Shown here in pieces: positions 62,455 through 64,000 of a DNA stretch of 64,000 nt. The notes below the pieces were generated by a model, which saw nothing but the letters and a program-made list of their open reading frames with translations, ran no database searches and was not told the DNA's origin. Source of the stretch: Tubulanus polymorphus (Eukaryota; Animalia; Nemertea); the NCBI RefSeq assembly GCF_964204645.1, contig NC_134029.1, positions 11,744,850 to 11,808,849 on the forward strand, written 5' to 3'. Both the position numbers and the translations under genes were made by a program. Position 1 is the stretch's first letter; each line of letters opens with the position of its first letter.

Positions 62455-62701
62455 TACTTTTATATTGAATAATCTGTCAATTTAAATGTTATTCATTTAC
62501 ATGAATATTTTAAGAGTAATAGGGGTAATGGGCTTTCAGGTTAAAGGTTGAATGGTCGAGTTCATTAAAAACAAATATTAAAAGTAATTTAAAACTATAA
62601 TATATTCTCATAACCGTGTGTATTTCAGTTGAATAATAGAATAATTATTATTATTCGAATATATTTGATTATATGAATTTGTGTATTGTAAATAAATCAA
62701 T
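62455..62701. repeat. Right TIR of copy C, truncated at the inner hairpin stem
   Basis: Reverse complement of 38001-38247; ends ...AAATAAATCAAT. Confidence 0.9.
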
Positions 62702-62761
62702 AGCCTACAATTGGAATTATTTGTTTGTTCTGAAAACTGCGAATATGTCGATATGCACCTG

Positions 62762-62835
62762 AAGATGACTTGTTTTAATACTATTAGTATTAAAACAATT
62801 GTTTTAATACTATTAGTATTAAAACAAGTCATCTT
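62762..62835. repeat. Double palindrome (T-shaped/cruciform)
   Basis: AAGATGAC + 2x TTGTTTTAATACTA-T-TAGTATTAAAACAA + GTCATCTT. Confidence 0.9.
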
Positions 62836-63112
62836 GATAACTTAGTCTAAGTTATTTTACTGGTGTCATTATTATGTTATTGTAGCTCACTTTTCAACAG
62901 TCTATCATTTGTACAGGAAATCTTAAAATAGTTATAAAATAATCTAATTTCAACAGTTTTAATATTTAAACAAGAGGCCCATGGGCCTTGAAGCATTGGT
63001 AGATTATGCTGTGGTATTAAGTGGTTATAATGTTTTACATCTGCCGGCAAATCTTCTATGACGATATTGATTGGGAGGACCACAGACTTAAAGGTCTATT
63101 TGTCTAGTACCA

Positions 63113-64000
63113 TTTTATTAGGCCAGCCGTAGGCTGAGCCTATTACTATACAAATGGAGCGAATTTAAATGACATGGTTTCCACACAAAAGGCTCTTTTG
63201 CTTGCCAAGTGAGGGCATATTCGAACAAATCACGTATTTAAGCGTAATCCATTCTCGGAATCGTAGCGAGCAGAATTTCGAAATAGGGTCTCATAAAAAT
63301 GTTTTCTGCATTTTTCACGAAAGTTAAATCGGGAAAATTTCAATTTTTATCAGCCAATCAGGAAGTTGTGTCTTCCCTGTGATTGGTTTATCTGAAAATA
63401 TCAGCAGCTGTTCACGTGAATTATCGCGATTTCATTACTGGCGCTTTTGCGCATGACGTCATGTATCAACACGCGACAATACTTCCGCGTTCGCTACGTG
63501 TTCGCTGATTGGCCCATTTACTGGGAAATTCCACAGAAGCCTAATGTGGTTTGTTACAAGCGCTGTGATTGGCCCGACCCGATTCTGGCATGGCTTTAGC
63601 TTAGTGGGTTCGAATCCCTTGACGGGTGAAAATGATGGATCCTATCAATATCTATTGAAACAAATAAGTTTCCCGGTTGGGCAGCCGCGGATATCTACCG
63701 GAAGTGTTCCGGTTCGATATTTCGAGGTTTCGAGGAATTTTGGAGTGATATTGAAATCCGGTAAATACCAGCGGTAGATTGTGAAAACCCATTGCATGAT
63801 ATTTGTATTACTTAATCAACGAAAAGCGTCGGGGCCGCGCCAGGAGTTTTCGTGATTCAAGTAGCGCAATAGCCTACTTCTTCGTGTTCGTCCACCTCAA
63901 TTTTCATTCCGCCGATCTCTGACACGGCTCTGTCCCCGTCGGCGCTGTGATTGCACTTTCGTACCACCAACATTTTTTATTTCTATATCAGGGAGGTCTG
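63113..64000 (+). mobile_element. Second copy of the HINE at 23064, truncated by window end
   Basis: Near-identical to ~23064-23951. Confidence 0.85.

Larger units (their letters stand above)
37784..62701 (-). mobile_element. Near-complete Polinton/Maverick (adintovirus-like endogenous virus), copy C, ~17.7 kb excluding the LTR insertion
   Basis: 5'-AGT terminus, TIR pair 38001-38247 / 62455-62701, pPolB, mCP, MCP, A32 ATPase, rve integrase; all genes on the minus strand. Confidence 0.95.

Overview
AT-rich animal (probably marine invertebrate) genomic DNA made almost entirely of nested mobile elements; no host gene is recognisable. The core is a family of Polinton/Maverick-type (adintovirus-like) endogenous viruses present as three related copies. 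Copy A (1-1971) is an internally deleted derivative. Copy B (3570-4590 inverted, 8415-12535 and 28655-31247) is decayed, and its DNA polymerase gene is split by a 16-kb stack of transposons (Helentron-like, Academ-like, MULE, P-like, Harbinger, SINE). Copy C (37784-62701) is nearly complete: protein-primed PolB, minor and major capsid proteins, A32-like ATPase, chromodomain integrase, HNH nuclease and about seven membrane proteins, interrupted by a young Bel/Pao LTR retrotransposon. Three unusual traits stand out. (1) The element termini are long AGT...ACT fold-back hairpins whose arm mismatches are nearly all G:T-compatible on the 3'-terminal strand. (2) 14 of 16 genes start in TAAATG with upstream T-runs or A-runs, resembling poxvirus late/intermediate promoters. 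(3) No adenain protease is recognisable, but many membrane proteins are encoded. Together these suggest (inference only) a membrane-containing polintovirus that may depend on a pox-like helper virus. All family assignments are from motif recognition by eye; no searches were run.
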